Source: the human T2T-CHM13v2.0 reference genome, Homo sapiens. From it: a stretch of 64,000 nucleotides of DNA. Made by a program: the position numbers and the translations under genes. The notes under the pieces were generated by a model. The model was given only the letters and a program-made list of their open reading frames with translations. It was not told the DNA's origin and made no database searches. Of the stretch, positions 61,026 to 64,000 are shown in pieces. How positions within the stretch are numbered: the stretch's first letter is position 1; every line of letters starts with the position of its first letter. The stretch is from NCBI RefSeq assembly GCF_009914755.1, contig NC_060938.1. One strand, written 5' to 3'.

Positions 61026-62867
61026 TCACTACACTCTCTTTCCCTCATGTGATGGGTCTCTTTCTGCACTGCACTGTTTAGGTTTGGGGGAGCAGTGATG
61101 CTGGCAACATGAAACTGTCCTTCCTACCCTCTTAAATATGCCTTTTCTTATATCCGTGCTCTACCCAGGTGCTGTAATCTCTCATCTGGATTCCTTGGCT
61201 CTTACAAAGGTATTTTTGTACATGCGTGGTTGTTCAAATTGATGTTTCTTCAAGGGGATGAGTGCCAGAAACTCATATTCTGCCATCTTGCTGATGTCAG
61301 CTCCTCTAATACCCAAGACAGCAGAGGAACAACTGTTTTTTTCAGATAGAGCTCTGGACTTGAGGTTCTTTTTAAATAGAGACTTCATACAAAAGATCTC
61401 CAGTCTGTCTACATTTTCAAACATAGAATCTATAATTCAGTGACTGCCAGGTTCTCAAAAAACTGTTAGTTCTTTACCCATCAATCCCAGAAGATTCATT
61501 AATCAGGGAGTAATTGGGATATATCACCAGGCTAGGAGTTCTCTACCATCAATGAACAGAAGAGGAGGTATATAGTCCCAGCATTTCTCCTCTCACCTCT
61601 GTACCCTCTCCTCCTTAGATGATTCAATTCACTCCAAGGATAAAAGTGGAGAAATCTATTAGAAGCAAAACTGCACATTCTGGATAAGACAAATCCAGGG
61701 AAAGATGGGCTGTGATGCCTTCCTACTCCGTTAACCTACTTTAAATAGAATGTTTAATCTTAAATATGTTCTCATTACTCTGGACTTAAGCTTAGAACCC
61801 TGTTCCTAAAGAAGGAAATGTGGCTTAGAAAAATAACAAATTTATAACCAATCATTGCAGGCACCCGCTGGACTTGGCAAACCATAGATGCACAGGAACA
61901 CTTTGTAATATTTTTGCAACTTTCCTATAAGTTGGAAATTATCTCCAAACAAAAAGTTTTAGAAAAAAATTCATAGATCTGAGGTTGTCAAAGGTCTTCT
62001 AGGAAATGAGAATGTCCAGTGTTTAATTAGAGCTTTTTGCATTGCTAACATATAAATCCCTCTGAACCCATCCCAATTTTTGAGTAAACTCAACTACACA
62101 TAAAAATGACAGTGAGAGTGAGCAGTTGAGTCACCCCTGGGTAACTGTCATGAAGGAAAGAACACATGTGAAATAGCAAGATAATCCATAAATCGTTCTA
62201 ATTCAGCAGACAGTGTAGAGGAATATAAAGAACCACAAGGATCTGCAATCATGGGAACCACTTTGTGTTTCCACAGGAAGTAAAATAAAGATTTGAGACA
62301 ACATTATATGGATATTCAGGAATCAGGCCCCCACAGTGGTTGGCATTTAGTCCACATGTTAGAAGTTCTTAGTTCAGTGTGGTATTTGGTAAATGTTATC
62401 TATTGACAGTATTGTTTAAAATTGGAGCACAGGTAGGAAGGTCCATCTGCAGCAACATAGGAAGGAGAAAGAGCCAGGACCTGGTAAGTGATCTGCCCAG
62501 TAGTTTCTAGGGGAAATAACTGGGAAAAGGAGAAACTGCAAAACTCAAAGGATCATCCACGACATTCAGCAGCCTCAGGCAAAATTCCAGAATCAGTTTT
62601 TACCAAGATGAGCCTAAGGTGAATTGTAGAATCTCAAGAATAGATAAAACTCAGTAGCTTAAAATCCATGCTTAAAACTCCAGATAAGCAAATAAGCAAT
62701 GGGTTTTTCTGCAGGATATCTGCCCTAGGTTTTCAAGGCTATGAGTGAGGTTATGCACAGGCTATGAGTACCAATGCACATAGGACTCATAGCCAAATAA
62801 GAAATAAAATACCGCATTATTAATGCTTGGGCAAGCAAATGATACTCCCTGTTGCTGGGCTTTTCAG

Positions 62868-63015
62868 TTAAATTGAAAGAATATTCTCTTCAAAAAATGG
62901 TGCTGGGACAAATGGATATCCACATGCAAAAGAATAAAATTGTACTCCTATCTCACACTATATAGAAAATTAACTCAAAAAGATCAAAGACCTAAATTTG
63001 AGAGCTAAAATGTAA
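62868..63015 (+). mobile_element. L1M ORF2 internal fragment
   Basis: ctcttcaaaaaatggtgctgggacaaatggatatccacatgcaaaagaat...aaagacctaaat. Confidence 0.8.
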
Positions 63016-63019
63016 TAGA

Positions 63020-63331
63020 GTCTAATTCCATTTTTTGATGTTCGACTGCAAATAACTTTTAAGCCTATCCATGACTCTTCCCTTCTTCCACATGTCTGGG
63101 AAAGCTGATAAAGCTCAGATGCTGTCACCTTTAGTGTCATCAGGGGATTGAAATTGAAACACATAAGCTCCTGTTTGTCTGCAGGAACCCTCGCCCTGGC
63201 CCAATCCCCCACAATAGAAATCTCTAGCCAGTCTCCTTTCCTTGCCTTTCAATCCATTTTCAGACAAGCTTGAGAAGCCTTCCCTGCTTTCATCCAAAAT
63301 CCTCATAATAAAACTTTTTCACACTGTTGAG

Positions 63332-63362
<31 letters not shown>

Positions 63363-63440
63363 TGTGTGATCATCAGTCTTGACATCTAAATCAAATTTTG
63401 AGTGGTAATCTAGCCTGTACCTATGGAGTAGTCACAAAAG
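63020..63440 (+). mobile_element. ERVL LTR (MER54/73/74-like) containing a (TG)n run at 63332-63368
   Basis: aataaaactttttcacac...gtgtgt...catcagtcttgacatctaaatcaaattttgagtgg. Confidence 0.5.
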
Positions 63441-63649
63441 TTGATGCTGTGAGCCAGACTGTATCAATGTTGACCACCACCACTAGGGATCTTCCTTCTC
63501 TTGTTCTTGTCTTAACTGGGTACAAACCACTGCACCTAGCATGTAGGATATTTCCTCTGCTTGCTGGCAAGCTTGCACTTTGAGTTTTGCTGTACTGCGC
63601 AACATGTGTCGAGTCCTACAAAACCCCTGTTAAAAATTTAGCTCCAATA

Positions 63650-63970
<321 letters not shown>

Positions 63971-64000
63971 TTATATTTGCATTTGGGGATAAAAGTACAG

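Noticed and set aside
60265-61098. Pro/Gly-rich repetitive ORFs or a CRISPR-like array
   Set aside because: Degenerate tandem units of an old L1 5'UTR; no constant repeat/unique spacer structure, and the DNA is eukaryotic

Overview
Repeat-rich primate (almost certainly human or great ape) intergenic DNA with no intact protein-coding gene, RNA gene or CRISPR array. The only recognisable gene-derived sequence is a ~6.3-kb disabled processed pseudogene of DOCK11 (minus strand, ~53885-60193; from memory DOCK11P1 on 14q21, not verified here). The rest is a full-length L1PA8-11-type element with TSDs (13973-20562), a 5'UTR-less L1PA4-6 element (48355-53520), an old L1MA element (~44950-61305) carrying several nested insertions, 12 Alus, several MaLR/ERVL solo LTRs, and L2/MIR/hAT relics. 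Nearly all ORFs in the track are repeat-derived or spurious. I found no support for a new biological system in the sense of a gene cluster. The notable signals are genome-history fossils readable from the sequence: (1) a ~3.2-kb inversion that split a THE1 LTR, supported by its reconstituted 5-bp TSD; (2) an unidentified 0.8-kb GC-rich 3'UTR retrocopy with a perfect 16-bp TSD; (3) a probable orphan 3' transduction inside the old L1; (4) an apparent exon skip frozen in the DOCK11 retrocopy; (5) an L1 insertion with ~1.4 kb target deletion plus captured DNA; (6) a perfect 40-bp fold-back palindrome; (7) a locally templated insertion. Repeat subfamily calls and DOCK11 comparisons rely on recalled consensus and protein sequences; boundaries without a stated TSD are approximate.
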